Assembly (NCBI RefSeq): GCF_006345805.1
Contig: NC_042998.1
Coordinates: 50,778,001 to 50,842,000 of the forward strand
DNA from: Octopus sinensis
Lineage: Eukaryota
Reading direction: 5' to 3'
DNA length: 64,000 nucleotides
The first letter of the stretch is position 1; each line of letters opens with the position of its first letter. Under the pieces are notes generated by a model. That model was not told the DNA's origin, made no database searches, and saw nothing but the letters and a program-made list of their open reading frames with translations. Shown here one piece after another: positions 1 through 12,960 of this stretch. The translations under genes and the position numbers were made by a program.

Positions 1-195
1 TGAAAAATAATCCAGAATCCTTGTTCGGTACCAGATCAATCCCAAAATCTAATCAGTTTGTGCCAGTCACGAGGCCAGACATCCCTGAAAGTTTCATCCA
101 AATCCACCCAGCAGTTTTTGAGATATCTTGTCCACGGACAAACAAACAAATACGACTGAAAACAATACCTCCACCTTCACTAAGGTAGAGGTAAT
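1..195 (+). mobile_element. 3' part of a non-autonomous Helitron/Helentron-type (HINE-like) element
   Basis: Terminal stem-loop TACCTCCACCTT-CACT-AAGGTAGAGGTA (166-193) preceded by (CAAA)n and ending GGTAAT; architecture typical of HINE/DINE-like elements. Family assignment is inference. Confidence 0.5.
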
Positions 196-204
196 GATAA
201 CATT

Positions 205-425
205 TATGGTTTCAAATTTTGCCACAAGGGCAGTCATTTTTGGGGGAGGGGATAATTCGATTACATCGACCCCAGTGTTTCACTGATACTTAATTTATCG
301 ACCCCGAAAGGATGAAAGGCAAAGTCAACCTCTTCGGAATTTGATCTCAGAACATTGCAACAGACGAAATACCACTAAGCATTTCGCCCAGCCTGCTAAC
401 AATTCTGCCAGTTTGCCACCGCCTT
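205..425 (-). mobile_element. tRNA-headed SINE, family C (head GGCGGTG..CTGGCAGAA, core GCCTTTCATCCTTTCGGGGTCGATAAA)
   Basis: Same sequence recurs at ~11000-11132(-), 14820-15060(+), 20930-21110(-), 27635-27785(-), 33585-33812(+), 45480-45690(-), 45928-46358(+, dimer), 48235-48675(-, dimer), 49525-49757(-), 61335-61545(-), 62455-62670(-). Confidence 0.8.
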
Positions 426-429
426 TAAG

Positions 430-491
<62 letters not shown>

Positions 492-501
492 AGTAATAGT
501 A

Positions 502-546
<45 letters not shown>
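426..546. repeat. (TAA)n microsatellite
   Basis: Direct reading; source of the poly-Tyr ORF 325-555. Confidence 0.95.
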
Positions 547-1628
547 TAATGTCAAATGTTCTGGTGTGTGACTTTTGGCCCAGACTATATATGTATGTAT
601 GTATGTTCCCTCAAATCTTCAGTTATATTTCCTTACACTGAATCAGCAAGAGGGTACTTTGAATGTCAGATAGGAATCGAACCTAATTACTCTGTTTTTG
701 AAAATACACATTTACCTCCAATGGAAAACAAAAGCATTACTCTCTTAAAACAAACTGATATGAGGCAGCAATATCAGTTAATGATAACCAGTGTTTATAT
801 CGTTAAGTACATTTCAGTTAATGATTTATTCTGTGTTATCACTGAATTATATAACACAACAAATAAAACAGCATTCGATAACAATAATTGTAATTATTTT
901 AATGTGAGAGACAGCAGGTTGAAATGATGAGAAACAACACAGCAAATGTGCATATGTGTTTGTGTATGTATGAGTGTATATGCATGTGTGTGTGTGTGCA
1001 TGTGTATATTCATCATTTAATATCATCCAAGCAAATATAATCTGTGGATGAATGACATTACATTATTAACATTATATAATATAATATAATGTGATATAAT
1101 ATAATATAATGCATATTATATGATCAATAGTATACGTTGATAGCTGAGAAATAATATATCATTTTATGGAGTTTAAAGACTACTCAGAAATTATAACAGA
1201 AAAAAAACATGAAAAAAAAAACTAACAACAAAAAAAAAACAAAGAATCTGTTATCAAAATGAATAGAAAAAATACAATAAACATATGTTTTAGCACGAAA
1301 GAGCCAAAGCCATGAAATACACGAATACCATACAACAATGAAAAGGAGTTCAGTGTCAACAGCAAAAAACAATAACAACCGCAAAAAGGAAAAGATTAAT
1401 GGAGTAGTGTTCTTGGATCAAGTGCTCCAAAACAAAGGAAATTATGAGCTGTTACCTGATATGGTATTTGGCACTGTGGCGTGACCTTGTGCACATTCTT
1501 CAAAGCCTGGAAAAAGGTTAGGGAATAATATGTAGGATAGAAACAATTCTTGTTTGCCCGCTTCATGTTAATGCCTGTAAGATTCACCCACTCATTCATT
1601 CATTCGTACATACATTCCGTCAGTTTCC

Positions 1629-1730
1629 TTGATGATGATGATGTTGATGATGATGATGATGATGATGTTGATGTTGATAACGACGATGATGATGTCGACG
1701 ACGAAGACGACGACAATGATGATGATGAAC
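1629..1730. repeat. degenerate (GAT)n microsatellite
   Basis: Direct reading. Confidence 0.9.
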
Positions 1731-2134
1731 AAGGGGTGGTTGGAGTGGTTCATTTTCATATCTTTATTTTTCTTCGGTTTTTAATATTAGGAAAACATCA
1801 AAGTCTCACGTACAGTTTCAAATAGGCTGTATGTATATGCATATCATTGCGTCACTGTATCAACTAAACAATTCGATGCTGTTATATACCTCTGATCACA
1901 ATGCACTTCCTCACATTGTTGTACCTTTCGAATGATACCATCCTGCAGGCTAGGTGGGCAGGACAACACGACCCCCACCCCCTGAACAGAAAGCCAGTTC
2001 ATTGCAGGGTTGTCCATTTACAGCTGAATGACTTGGAGCAATGTAAAATAAAGTATTTTACTCAGGAAGTCACATGGCTTAGTAGAAAGGGCATTTAGAT
2101 CATAATTGTAAGGTCATGAATTTGATTCTACAAG

Positions 2135-2530
2135 AGTAGCTGTGTAGTAAGAAGCTTGCTTACCAACCACATAGTTCTGGGTTCAGTCCCACTGTGTGGC
2201 ACCTTGGGCAAGTGTCTTCTACTATAGCCTTGGGCTAACCAAAGCTTTGTGAGTGGATTTGGTAAACGTAAAACTGGAAGAAGCCTGTCATACATATATA
2301 TATATATGTGTGTATGTATGTATTTGTGTGTCTGCGTTTGTCCCCCTACCATCACTTGACAACCGATGTTGGTGTGTTTACATCCCCTGTAACTTAACAG
2401 TTTAGTAAAAGAGACCGATAGAATAAGTACTAGGCTTCCAAAGAATAAATACTGAAGCTGATTTGTCCAACTAAGGTGGTGCTCCAGCACGACCGCAGCC
2501 AAATGACTGAAACAAGTAAAAGAATAAAAT
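2135..2530 (+). mobile_element. tRNA-headed SINE, family B (head AGTGGCTGTGTGGTAAG..GGTTCAGTCCC, internal (TA)(TG) tract)
   Basis: A/B-box-like head; other copies ~3925-4075(-), 6020-6368(-), 11865-12150(+), 15200-15350(+), 17635-18160(+), 18165-18462(-), 26140-26300(-), 40380-40690(+), 47230-47372(-), 48860-49525(-), 54417-54650(+). Confidence 0.8.
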
Positions 2531-4469
2531 AATAAAAGTGTGTTTTGTCCTTGAGCAAGACCCTTTATTTCACATTGCTCCAGTCCACTCAGCTGGCAAA
2601 AATGAGTAGTACCTGTATTTCAAAGGGCCAGCCTTGTCACATTCTGTGTCATGCTGAATCTATCTGAGGACTACATACACATGTATGTGGAGTGCTCAGC
2701 CACTTGCATGTTAATTTCAAGAGCAGGCTGTTCCATGAATTGGATCAACTGGGACCCTCATCGTCATAACCAGCAGAGTGCTCAAGATCACAAAGCACTC
2801 ACTGTTGATCAACACTGAACACTAAGCCATGCATCTTCACATGTATGTATACGAGCATGCATTAATTCCCCCAGTCATTTGAACTGAATGGGGAGTAGCA
2901 TTAAACTTCATCCGGTGTTACATCTAAAGTAAACCAAAATGACAAAGCCTAAACTTAAAATTATGTTGTATTAAACATCCTAAACCATATAAGTATACAA
3001 TAAACGGGTCTTTCTTTAGCTAGAAATTTCTGTTATGTTAGAGCAAATGTGACAAAACCTTTTAAGTACCAAGAGTGAGTTACAAGTGCATAACAAACTG
3101 TGAGAAGAGGCTCATATATATTGAGAAAAGTAACCAATCACTAGAATATATTTACACAGGATGCAATGTAAATTTTAATACCTAAGACATGTAGAATGTA
3201 GATAACTCTAAAATTATTCATTTGAAAACCTTAGTTGTGGACATTACAGCTGATGTGGAAACATTCTATTGTTCTTTTAAGTAACCAGAAAAATTCCAGT
3301 TACTGTATTTTCCACCATACAAGTTGAATTTTTCAAACTGAAATGTGCACAGCCAATAAAGATAGGTTGACGAATACACCAAGATATTTTTGGAGGACCA
3401 AAACATCTATGTGAAATGCAACAGGATTTGGAAAGACAGTGAAGGTTTTTTTTAATGTTTACACTTTATACTAAGTCAATTTATATGCTGGAACATATGG
3501 TGTTTCCTGTTTATTGCAAAAGGACAATAGGATATTTTCATACTAACTACAATCTCCACAGCTAAGATTTTCAAAGAATTGCAAAAATTTGTTTGTATTA
3601 TACATGTATCAGGTAAAATGAATTATAACTCATAAGTGTGCAGTGTTACTTATAATTAAGTGCTGTTTTGATCTTATGGCTTAAACCATTTTTTATATAT
3701 GGGTCTTTAATGAATTTCATCTGCAAACAGCTAGATGATGGAATGTTATAGCTAGAATGCCTCTCATCATGTCTTTCCTGTCAGGGATGACTGGGGTTAA
3801 ACAACAACAGCAGCATCATTATTATTGTCATCGTCATTTAACATCTGTCTTCCATGCTGCCATGGATTGGACAAAAAAACCCTGTAAAATAAGTTTTCAT
3901 CAGGTATAACTTCCATACACACCATACTTCCGTGTGTCTACCAAATCCACTCACAAGGCTTTGATCAGCCTGAAGCTATAGTAGAAGACACTTGCCCAAG
4001 GTGCCACACAGTGGGACTGAACCCAGAACCATGTGGTTGGGAAACAAGATTCTTACCACACAACCACTCCTGCAGAATCAAATTCATGACCTTACAATCA
4101 TGATCCAACTCTAAACAGTTGATCAGTATGCCACCAAGGTTCACTCACTTCTCATTCTTTCATCCAAGCTATCTGTATCTTAACCCCTGCAATCTATACT
4201 AAACACTTCTCAGAGTCCTTTCTTTGCCTGACCAAAATTTTCCCAGACAATCACCCTACAGGTACCAGCCTGTAGAATTTCAAACTGAAAAGTAATTATA
4301 TTGATCTCAGCAGTATTATTAGGGCCTGCAGAAGGGTTGTAGGTACTGTTCCTTCTATTCAGGCTCATTAACTTTTTTTCTTTTTTTTTTGATATCTCTG
4401 AATTAGTTGGGACTGTTGTGAGTTCAATTTGTTAGCACCATCACCAGCACCAGTGTCAGCAGCAGCAGC

Positions 4470-4674
4470 CGTTCAAGAATTTGGACCTGGAGATCTCCAT
4501 TTCCAGGGACTTCGAGGGCCACCTCCCAGTGGTGTTGGGTGTGAACAAAGAACCCTCGACTACAACAAGACGACCAAAGTTTTTTTTTTCCCAAGGTCTG
4601 GGGTCTCCTGCCCCTAAGCCCTAGATCATCACCCATTCACCCTTACCCGTCTTGTTGTTTAACAACAACAACAA
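4470..4674 (+). mobile_element. ~205-nt unclassified retroposon, copy 1
   Basis: 13-bp TSD CAGCAGCAGCAGC (4457-4469 / 4675-4687), (AAC)n tail, homologous to 10033-10235. Confidence 0.75.
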
Positions 4675-6786
4675 CAGCAGCAGCAGCACTGTCACCACTA
4701 CCAACACCACCACCAAACAAATAAGACAAAAACAAGTTGAGATAAGGGAGCCTCTACATGGTCATTTAACTTCATAGAAATAACAGCCTAATTTCCATCA
4801 AACTATACTATCTTCATAAATAACATTTTATAATGTAGTCAAAAGTATACAATTCCAGATTAAAATAAAATGGGAATGGTTGGAACACTTAAGATCATAG
4901 GTTTTCTCAGTCAGTAATGTCCACGAGTTAAACAACTATAAGAACAAAAGCAGTTAAAGTTAATAGTTTCAGTTAAAGAATTCTTACCAAAAATCTGATA
5001 AACCATTCTAAGAGTATTGGTTGTAGCTTTGTGGGCAGCATTCTGGTCTAAGCACCTCATATAACCCCTCATAACTTGTTTATCTTTTGGAATTCATATG
5101 ATTATGAATAAATCCCCCATAAATCCTAAAAGTTCACACACTTAAAATTTGTTTTTTTAAAATCAAAGTATAAAATGCAGACAGTTTTAAATTTTTGCTT
5201 TAAATCTCAGCACTAAATAACACTTGGGTGCACCATTATTCCATTAAAATGTGTTTATTGGGAAAAAAATATTGATAAACATCAATATATCTCAGAGTGA
5301 TAAGGATATGAGGAAGGTATCAGATGGTTGTGAGATGTGCTTAAAATAACAGCCAAATCACCCTTAGATCGCACAAATTTCTTTTTTCTTTTTGCTTAAT
5401 CATATGAATTTTCGAGTGTAGAACACAAATTCAGAAATATATTCTGAAAATTCCAGAAAATAAAAAAGTTATGAGATGTTATATGAGGTGCTTTGCTTTA
5501 CTTCATTAGCCATCATAAAAATCACAGAGTTGTCCTTACACACTGTTAAACAGCCTTATGTAATAACTGAAAACAAGTAGATCCCAAGAACTTGAAACAT
5601 ATTTGTGGACTGATTTGATTAGCTGGTTACCAATGGTTATGAGTTGCCCGAATATTACTGTTAATCAATACATCCACAGAACATAGAGTTAATGGAGTCT
5701 GACCAGAGAATCCCATGGAAAACCTGAATTCATATTCCTATGAAGGTGATCTTCCTGCTCTTGAAACTCGAATGATGAGCAGTTATACCTTGATGCGTAT
5801 CTTGAGCTTCATCTTTTTTTACCATGAGGAAACTGAAGCAGAAGGGATGCTGCTACTTAAAATGGTAGATGACATTCAAAGGTAATTACAGACAGCATTG
5901 GATCACCTTCAAGAAGAGAACTTCTGTGTTGTTGTTTTTTATGTGTGGAAGATGTACTGGAATCACTTTGTACATTCCCAAGAGACACTGCTCAAATCTT
6001 GCTCTTTTTTTTTTCATTTGTTTCAGTCATAAGACTGTGGCCATGCTGGAGCACTACCTTGATGGATTTTAGTCAAATGAACTGACCCCAATACTTATTC
6101 CATTGGCTTCTTTTCTGGATCACTAAATTATGGGGACATAAACACACCGACACTGGTTGACAAGCAGTGGTGAGGACAAAAACACAAAGACACACACACA
6201 CACATGACAGGCTTCTTTCAGTTTCCGTCTGTCAAATCCACTCGCAAAACATTGGCTAGCCCAAGGTTACAGGAGAAGACACTTGCCCAAAGTGCCACAT
6301 TGTGGGACTGAACCCAGAACCATGTGGTTGAGAAGCAAACTTCTTTCCACAAAGCCAGGCCTGTGCCTCAAAATATAGGTAACATATATATGAAATACAT
6401 TATTTCACATAACATCTTGCTTATAGGTAGAAGAGTAACTACAAAGTCATTCAAAGATATGAAACCTCATTGATTAACAATGATTAACAAATATACACTA
6501 TTGATTTAACAGTTCATTCAAGGAAGTTGTTATTGTTTAATCCAAGGTCAGTATTCCTTTTATAAACCTATGATCAAAGTAATTTCCATTGTGACTGTTC
6601 AATCTTTATCTTATTATATTTTTTAAGGATACAATCGATAATGTTGTCCTAATGTCATACTGTATCTAGGATTACAATATCTGTGTCCTTCAATGTTCTT
6701 AGCTAGTAATATGTTATTTGAGAGATACTTGGTTGTTATTTCCTGAAGATCTAACAAGTGTGAAGAGGCCCCCATTGTTGTCTTAC

Positions 6787-7003
6787 ATTTAAAAGTAGTT
6801 GATAAATGACCAAAGAGATTCAAACCTTTATTAGTTGAAGGTTTGGAGAAAGTGGGATGGAAATAGGATTCAAGCTGACGATTTGCATACTGAAATTGTT
6901 TTCCAGATTCCTTAACAACAAAGGTTGATGGCAGGTCAGGGTTTTCTGTGGAATAACCACGAGGTAGTTGGTTATACGTTGCTGGTACTCTCTTGTTCCC
7001 ACC
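6787..7003 (-). CDS. candidate internal exon of unidentified host gene (GGNKRVPATYNQLPRGYSTENPDLPSTF...GHLSTTFK)
   Basis: Acceptor tttattatttcag|, open frame (ORF 6623-7063), donor T|GTAAGA at 6787 (alternative G|GTTTGA at 6826); unique sequence. Confidence 0.6.
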
Positions 7004-7711
7004 CTGAAATAATAAATTGTGAAATAGAATTAAATAGACTGTACATTCTAGAAGAAAAAACATGTTTTAGAATTTTTCTTTTATACCTGAATTTTCTTTA
7101 TTAAACTTTTGCTGAATAAGGGCAGCGCACAGAATTAACTATTGCAGAAGTATGATACTAAGGAGAAAAGTTTGTGTACAAGGGGGTGCTGAAAAGTCCC
7201 TGGTTTTAAGGGTATCATAAAAGGCCTGGTTAGAGGTCAAACCTTTTAAGTTCTTTTATAGGGCTTAGAAAAAGTGAAGGACCGCTGCAATAAGTGTGTG
7301 AATCTGAGAGGGGGATATGTTGAATAATATCATAATTTACTGATCTTCCTGTATATTTTCTTTTACTCAAAGCGAGGAACTTTCCAGCATCCCATTGTAT
7401 ACTCCTTAGTTTCAGATGTGTGTGTGGCGATGGAAAAACTGAAAGTAACTTTAAACCATTAGTATTTAAACCAATCATATCCAACCGAAATATCTTACCT
7501 GCTTTACATTCAAACCAACAAGATCTAATTTCTCATACATACCCTACAATGTCATTCTAAAAATAAACAATCACTGAAATCTCAAAAATATGAGAAAATG
7601 CATGAATAATTCAAAATAATGTGAATAAACAATCATTACATTTAACAGAGTAAATCTTAAGAACATATTAAAAAATGCATTTTAATCTTTAAACCAGTAA
7701 CTAGTGTAGAG

Positions 7712-8023
7712 TGGAGGCGCAATGGCCCAGTGGTTAGGGTAGCGGACTCGCAGTTGGAGGATCGCAGCTTCAATTCCCAGACCGGTCGTTGTGTGTGTTT
7801 ATTGAGTGAAAACACCTAAAAGCTCCACAAGGCTCTGACAGGGGGTGGTGGTGACCCATGTTGTACTCTTTTGCCACACTTTCTCTCACTCTCTCTTCCT
7901 GTTTCTTGAGTAATGCTGCAATGGACTGGCGCCCTGTCCAGCTGAGGGGAACACATATGCCATAGAAATTGGGAAACAGGGCCCATGAGCCTGGCTAGGC
8001 TTGAAAAGTATGAAAAATAAAAA
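7712..8023 (+). mobile_element. tRNA-derived SINE, family A, full length
   Basis: A box TGGCCCAGTGG, B-box-like CTTCAATTCC, A-rich tail, 9-bp TSD AGTGTAGAG (7703-7711 / 8024-8032); copies at 21387-21698 and 29402-29710. Confidence 0.85.
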
Positions 8024-9089
8024 AGTGTAGAGCATGCATGAGGAGGACAAAAGACTAAGCTAAAAGCTAGAGGTTTCAGTGCAAAAAGATTGAAGAAATT
8101 CTCAATGATCCAATCATGTGATTGACAGATTGTGTTGAACTATTTTATTCATGAGATCTCAATGCTAAAACAGAGAACATTGACTGATATGGTATTTCTA
8201 TATATTAAAGAGGAAATATAAACCAACAATGCATCAGAAAAATTTTAAAAAATGAAACAAAAAATATAGTTGATAAAATAAAATTAGATAAATTTGTACA
8301 ACACACAGTGTCCTGCTAACAATAACATCACAACTCTGCAAAACACATGACTTGGTAAAGAAAGCTCTATGTGGTCTACTGGAAATAGTAACCAAATTTA
8401 CATCAAATTGTGCCTTCATTCAAAAAAGAAAATGGAAAAACATATTAGATAATGTACTCCAAGCATTCTTAAAATTATGAGATGGTCATGGCTGGAATGC
8501 CTTTTCTTTGATTGTAAGTATGGTAAGTATGCGCAATGATAGATAACCCAGGGTTAAACAACAACACAGGAAGTTATTTTATGATGTTTATGCAGTACTT
8601 ACTTTGAAAAGAGTCTGTAATTTTAATATGAGATCAGATAATCTGTGTGTTTCAAGAATCCATTATTATCAAAGTTATGCATGAGAAATTTTAACCGAAT
8701 GGATATTTTGTTGTAAGCACACTGCTTACAAGGAAGAAGATAAAGTATCTGTGAGTTTAAAGGTTCATAATTTTCTGTGGATGGAATTCATTGAAATGAA
8801 AAGCAAATGAAATGGTTTCTCAGAAAGAAAATCAAGGAGAGTTGCAGACCCATTGAATAACAAGTTCTATAGAATTTTCCCTGTGTGAATAATAAAATTG
8901 TTTATAACATTGACGTTTTACAATCATATTTAACGTGTGTAAAGGCCTAAATCTTTTATCTCTATTTTAAAGCTCTATTGGATAACAAAGGTTTACTACT
9001 CCCACGCCAGGAATGGTACTGCTGCTACACTTACAGACATCCTAGTCTACAGCAACCAAAAAAAAAAAAAGCCTATCCAACTGAGTGGC

Positions 9090-9420
9090 ATGAGGTCAGT
9101 CACTGACATTCTCAACTTCAGGCCTACAGATGTGTTATGTCCTCCCTATGACTTCTCTATTGCTACTACAATGGCCTTTGCTTCTCAGAACTGGTTGCTC
9201 TTGAATTACTCCAACGCAAGCCTTCCCAGCCTACTTGTCTCTCTCTTCCTCAACATCATCTATATTGTCATCACCCATCCTTCAACCCTCAGCTCTGTGT
9301 TTTACCCTGTCCTTTCTCACAAGAAAGAATTTTGGTCCTGTAGAATACCACTCTGCTCATATGTTTCCCTGTTTAAGAAAAAAGACTTCAACCACCTCAG
9401 TCTCACCAGCATCAGAGGGC
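9090..9420 (-). mobile_element. decayed RTE-type LINE C-terminal fragment
   Basis: Minus strand reads MLVRLRWL followed by degraded sequence resembling the RTE C-terminal LRWxGH...GRP block; many stops. Confidence 0.35.
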
Positions 9421-10032
9421 CTGCAAATATGTACGACTTCTTCCTCTAGAACAACGGCTTTCAACTTGGATCCATATGACCCCTGGGGTTTCATGCTAGT
9501 AAAATAATAAATTGGGGATTCACAGTAGTATTTTAAGGACCCATGAAAAATTTTGATTTAAATGTATGTATTAAAATTACTACGTTTCTTTCCCTAACAT
9601 TTTTCATAGTTCAATCTATACAAGTGCAAATAACAAAATAGGAATTTTGAAAGAAGTTTCTATAAAACTGGTTTTTAAACATGGAATGGCTATGGGGATC
9701 TGCCAGAGTCAAATAATAATCTAAGGGACCATAGGTAAAAAAAAAAAAAGTGGCTGAGAACCACTACTCTACAACAAATCACACAAAAAAAGAACAAAAA
9801 ACACACCCCTAAAAAAGCCCAGATATTTCAACAGATCAACAATAATCTTTCTTTCCAGCTCAAAAATTCACAATCTTATAAACCCTGCTAAGCTGATAAC
9901 ATAGTACATAGGACAAATTAATGGGGTGAGAGTCAGTACTTCTTCAAATCATGCAGTACAGTCTTCCAAAAATAAAGGATGTACTGAATAATAAAGGTTC
10001 AGATTCACTATGTTGGGCAAAACAACAAGATG

Positions 10033-10235
10033 CCATCCAAGAATTTGGACCTGGAGATCTCCATTTCCAGCAACTTCGAGGGCCACCTCCCAGTGGTGTC
10101 AGGCGTCAACGAAGAGCCCTCGACTACAACAAGATGAACAAAGTTTGTTTTTTTTTCCAAGGTCTGGGGTCTCCCGCCCCTAAGCCCTAGATCATCACCT
10201 GATCACCCTTACCTGTCTTGTTGCTTAACAACAAC
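10033..10235 (+). mobile_element. ~205-nt unclassified retroposon, copy 2
   Basis: 13-bp TSD AAACAACAAGATG (10020-10032 / 10236-10248), (AAC)n tail, same 5' start as copy 1. Confidence 0.75.
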
Positions 10236-12169
10236 AAACAACAAGATGGTTATGACTGGTCATATGCTTACATGTCACAAAAAGATAGGATGCTTATGAC
10301 TGATTTCTGCTGGGTATGTTAGCCAAAAAGACATACTGGATGTGACTGGTTATGACTAGTCTCAATGGTTATGTCTACAAGAAGGGATGGTTATAAATCT
10401 GCTCAATCAGAACGGATCTAATGCCAAATAAGAAAAACAAAGAGCATTGGATATGTTCAACTTCTAATCTTATAAACCAATTTAGAAAATGCTAATAAAA
10501 TAAGTTTTCATTTTACTCACAAATGCTTAGATGGTGATCTAAGCATTTGATGTTTTATAGTTTGTTTTGTAACTGCAATGTTATTTCAATTTTTGATACA
10601 GATATTGATGTTATTGATTCTGACTTTTCTTTATTTCTGTTTATATTACCATTAGATAACTACAGACTAGTTATGACCAGTTATGACTAGTTATGTCTAC
10701 AAGAACATGGGATAGTTATAAATCTGCTCAATCAGAGATATCCATGTATGTCCACATATTTAGACGTTTTGAAGAATACACTGAGTATCTTGCCAATTAA
10801 CCATGCCAACGGGTGTTATGGGTACAACCCTTGATGTAAATTCATGCAAATATTATAATGTATATCCAGCCAGCCATGTTGAATGGGGTACTATAAGAAA
10901 ATATGGATAATAGACCACTGTGCCAAAAAATTATCTTCCATTTCATTAAAAATATGTGTTGTTTATGTATCACTTAATGTATATATAGTTTTCTCTACTT
11001 TAGGCACAATGCCCGAAAAGATGAAAGGCATAGTTGACCTCGGCGGGATTTGAACTCAGAACGTAAAGACAGATGGAATACTGCTAAGCATTTTGCCCAG
11101 CGTGCTAATGTTTCTGCCAGCTCATCGCCTTCTTAATGTATATATATTACCTCAGTTGCATACAGGGAGATTGAAATCAAATGATCTGATGGTCTCAGCA
11201 CTAGAGATGGTGGGGATTTATCTCCCCACTGGTGATATAAGCAAAAGTACATTTTGCACCAAAAGCTAATATGAGAGGTTCTCTCATGGTATCTACCACA
11301 GTATAGTTTGTTCCAACAGAACATCCCATGTTTAAGTGGGGATAGATATTACCTCTCCAATATCTATTGTATTTTTAACACAGCACATCTGCAAGAGATG
11401 TTATTTGAGGTCAAATACTGTGGGATCAGACCACCAACCAACCAACCAACAATAAAACTTCCTCAAGTCTGCTCTTATTTTTTATGAATGTATTTTTGTT
11501 GCAAAGTATTTTGAGAGACATTTGTAAAAGGCCATTCAATGAAAAAAGGGGCGAGCAGAGTAACAAAAAATTAGAAACCACTGCTATAAATTGAAGAACT
11601 GCATTATTGAAAATCCTTGCTGGCAGTAAGATTAAAAAGATGAAAAAGAAAACAACATGCTAAATATATCAGAAGCATTGATCATTCAATAATTAATGTG
11701 AATAAACAAAAATAGTTTTCCATTTCTTTTGTTTAGTTTTTGGCTTTACATCTGAAAACAATGAATGATTAGATTCCAGTAAAAGAGATTTTGTTTAAAT
11801 CGAAAATTTTTCATTTTTTTCAAATGTTTCATTTTACTTCTTCAGGGTTTTATTTTGGTTTGTGCTATGAGTGGTAAGAAGTTTATTCCCCCAACCAACA
11901 TGGCTCCAGGTTCAGTCCCATTGCGTGGCACCTTGGGCAAGTGTCTTCTACTATATCCTTAGGCTGACCAAAGCCTTGTGAGTGGATTCAATAGATGGAA
12001 ACTGAAAGAATCCTATCATATATGTGTGTGTATGTTTCTGTTTGTGTTTGTCCACTGCTACCACTTGACAACTGGTGTTGGTGTGTTTACATCTCTGTAA
12101 CTTAATGGTTCAGAAAATAGATATAAGTATCGAGCTTAAAAAGAAAGTGCTGAAGTCAATTCATCATCA

Positions 12170-12960
12170 TCATCGTTTAACATCTGTTTTCCATGCTAGC
12201 ATGGGTTGGACGGTTCGACCTGGGTCTGGGAAGCCAAATGGTTGCACCAGGCTCCAGTCTGATCTGGTAGTATTTCTACAGCTAGATGCCCTTCCTAATG
12301 CCAACCACTCCGTGAGTGTAGTGGGTGCTTTTTACTTGCCACCGGCCAGAGAAGGATGGCAATTGGCCACGATTGACTGGTGCTTTTTACGTGCCACTGG
12401 CACAGAAGTCCACCAAGGTGGCACTGGCATCGGCCACGTTCAGATGGAGCTTTTTACGTGCCACCAGCATGGGTATCACAACTACAATTTCCATTTGGTT
12501 TTTATTTTGATGTTGATGTACTTGACAGGTCTCCTCAAGCATAGCAGGTTGCCCCATGATCCAAGGTAAGCACAGCAGGCTGTCCTGCAATCCAAGCTAC
12601 TTAGAATGGGCTGGGGCTGGTTGTGTGAAGCTGGTGTAAGATACAGCCATGAACTCACTTTATTTGTCAGGTCTTTGCAGTCACAGCATATCTCCAGATG
12701 TCTCGGTCTTTTGTCATTGCCTCTGTGAGGCCCAACGTTCGAAGGTCATGCTTGACCACCTCATCCCATGTCTTCCTGGGTCTACCTCTACCCCAGATTT
12801 CTTCAACTGTTTGGGAGTGGCACTTCTTCACACATCTCTCCTCATCCATCTGTAGTACATGACCATACCAGCACAAATGTCTCTCTTGCATGCCACATCT
12901 GATAAAACTTTTCCAAGGCAGTGCCACAGCATAGCTGAATTCTAATGACAGAAACAAGTA
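12170..12960 (-). mobile_element. RTE-clade LINE 3' end: C-terminal coding fragment, repeat-rich 3' UTR, (ATG)n tail
   Basis: ORF 12667-12957: WYGHVLQMDEERCVKKC...GRGRPRKTWDEVVKHDL. The 3' UTR recurs at 16010-16400(+), 19690-20235(+), 30760-31130(-), 50790-52015(-), 52630-52830(-), 57560-58058(+), 59710-60060(-), 63200-63600(+). Confidence 0.85.

Noticed and set aside
4610-4650. Telomere or telomerase-template-like CCCTAAGCCCTAG..CCCTTACCC
   Set aside because: Not a true TTAGGG array or a 1.5-repeat template; it is part of the 205-nt retroposon.
7712-7790. tRNA genes at tRNA-like heads (also 21387, 29402, 32257, 56192)
   Set aside because: No complete cloverleaf; the heads run into repeat bodies, and at 7712 and 21387 also A-rich tails and TSDs, as expected for SINEs or similar repeats.
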